Assembly: GCA_013239625.1 (NCBI GenBank)
Contig: MU054323.1
Coordinates: 4,256,214-4,320,213 of the forward strand
DNA: 64,000 nt
From: Lama guanicoe
Lineage: Eukaryota
Reading direction: 5' to 3'
Shown here: piece after piece, positions 62,380-64,000 of the stretch
Layout of the letters: every line of letters starts with the position of its first letter
Numbering within the stretch: the first letter of the stretch is position 1
Notes under the pieces: model-generated
What the model saw: the letters and a program-made list of their open reading frames with translations, nothing else
What the model was told of the DNA's origin: nothing
Databases searched by the model: none
Translations under genes and position numbers: made by a program

Positions 62380-64000
62380 TTTAAAAGGAAACAATACGCC
62401 ACAGACAGAGAATGGTACAAAATAAGAAGTAAAGGCCTTGTTGCCTCCCTAACTTGAGCTCCCTTATCCAAAGGTAATTATGGGTAAGTTTCTTGTGTAG
62501 TTTTAAAAATTTTACACACACATCTGTACACACAGACACACACCCACTCCACTACAAAATTCCACCCACCACAAAATTCCCATACGTAGGAGTCATGTGA
62601 TCACCGCTCTTCCCAACACTCTTTTAATACGTCTGGGTGATCTTGTCCCATTTTGACATACATGAGTATCCTCCTTCTTTACTATTGCATGTCCTTCTGC
62701 TATACATGTCACACAATTTAACCAGCACATAATTAATGAGCATTTAGATTGCTTAGAGATATTTTTACCTTAAAATATATTTATAATGTATTTCAAGGAC
62801 TGAAATTTCTGAGACAAAGAAAATTTCTCCTAAAATTGACATATATATTGCTAAAAAGTTCTTCAAAAATTTTTATAAAAATGAAACAGCATACACACTC
62901 AGGAACTCTCTATGAGAACGTGTGTATATCTCTTTGTCAGAACTGATCGTCACTTTAAATAATAGACTTTTATCAAATTAGTGAGAAATGGTATCTTGTT
63001 TTGATATGTGTGGCTTTAATTGTGAGTGGACTTGACTACTCTTTTTCCATTTCTTCTTGGCCATCTGTCTCTCTCTTCCTATGAATATGTATGTAATTTC
63101 CCGATCTTTCTGTTGTCTTACATTCTTCATTGCTTGTTATGAAGCTCTTCGTATGTTAAAGGGGTTCTCTTCTTTGTTAATGTATATGAATTTGTTCAGT
63201 TCATTTTTTGAATCATATTTTTCCATAGAGAATTTATACATTTTTTAAAGTATTAATAGTTATCAGCATTTTCTTCCAAGGCTTCTCAGTGTCTTTATCC
63301 TGCTTAGAAATATTTTTAAGACTCTAGGGTTACAGTAATTATACATGTGCCCTCTTCTAGGATTGTATTGGTTTATTTTTTGATTGATATAAGGAATTAG
63401 GTGCTATAAAGCTTTTTCTTTTTATCTTTTTCCAAAGCATTAACTACATGTAATGTAATTTCTCATAAATTTGCTCCAGTATGTAAAATAGGACAAAATT
63501 GTTTTAATCATGATAATTTCATAATATGTTTTAATCTGTAGTTGGACTTCAGTCCTTTCATTACTATGCTTTCTCAGAATTTTCTGGGATAATATTTTAT
63601 ATATATATGTATATATTCTTCTAAAAAATCTTCAGCATTATTTGTCATGCTACTAAAAACATCCCATTACCATTTTAATTTGGACCATGTGCAAGCTGTA
63701 TATTCATTTGGGGGAAATTTATGTATTTTTTCATTATTGAGTCTTTTTATCGTGTTAGAACATGGCATGCAGCTAAGTCTTGTTTCATGTTACTCAGCAG
63801 TTTACATTTAGCTTCATATGGATCCTGTGAATTTCTCAAGTTAATTTTAAACTATCCCATTTTGGGGAGTGGCATTATAAGTTGAATCCTTTCTTCTGTT
63901 ATGTCTTCTGATTTTATATGTAAGAAAACTTAAAAAAATATTAATTATATATATTTTAGCATGTCCTTTTGGTTTTAATGGTTTTTATCTAGACTGTCTT
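62380..64000 (-). mobile_element. Ancient L1ME-like LINE-1, 3' UTR and ORF2 end, running off the window
   Basis: atgagcatttagattgctt...gagaaatggtatcttgttttgat...ttggccatctgtctctctcttcctatgaa...tatattcatttgggggaaattt...agaacatggcat. Confidence 0.75.

Noticed and set aside
1..64000. Using L1/LTR orientation bias to infer a host gene strand
   Set aside because: The young L1s are all minus, but old L1s and LTRs occur on both strands, and there are too few elements to conclude
1..64000. CRISPR arrays, prokaryotic operons, rRNA/tRNA genes, processed pseudogenes
   Set aside because: No regularly spaced repeats, gene-dense segments, structural RNA matches or mRNA-like copies were seen

Overview
Mammalian non-coding genomic DNA, either intergenic or deep in an intron. 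I found no protein-coding gene, structural RNA gene or CRISPR array that I can support. The ORF track is explained by chance ORFs and by decayed L1 and ERVL reading frames. Much of the window is ancient eutherian repeats: MIR, L2, L3/CR1, L1MA/MB/MC/ME, hAT DNA transposons (MER5A/B, MER63A, MER94, Arthur1B, Charlie4-like), MaLR/ERVL LTRs (MLT1, MLT2, LTR16C, MER21B) and an ERVL gag remnant. Three younger minus-strand L1 copies have 3' UTRs that look camelid (alpaca/camel type). I recognised no Alu, B1/B2, Bov-tA, CHR-2, PRE-1 or Can-SINE. Several 0.5-3 kb blocks without recognisable repeats are rich in homeobox-type motifs and may be conserved enhancers. The best points are nested and rearranged transposons (an L1MB with a twin-priming-like 5' inversion inside MER5A, MER5B inside Charlie4, an MLT1C/MER21B chimera), a collapsed ERVL provirus, a triple nuclear-receptor DR1 array, an NKX-MEF2-NKX palindrome, a split REST site and two candidate minus-strand small exons. 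Repeat names come from recalled consensus sequences rather than a RepeatMasker run, and boundaries are approximate. I found no convincing new biological system.
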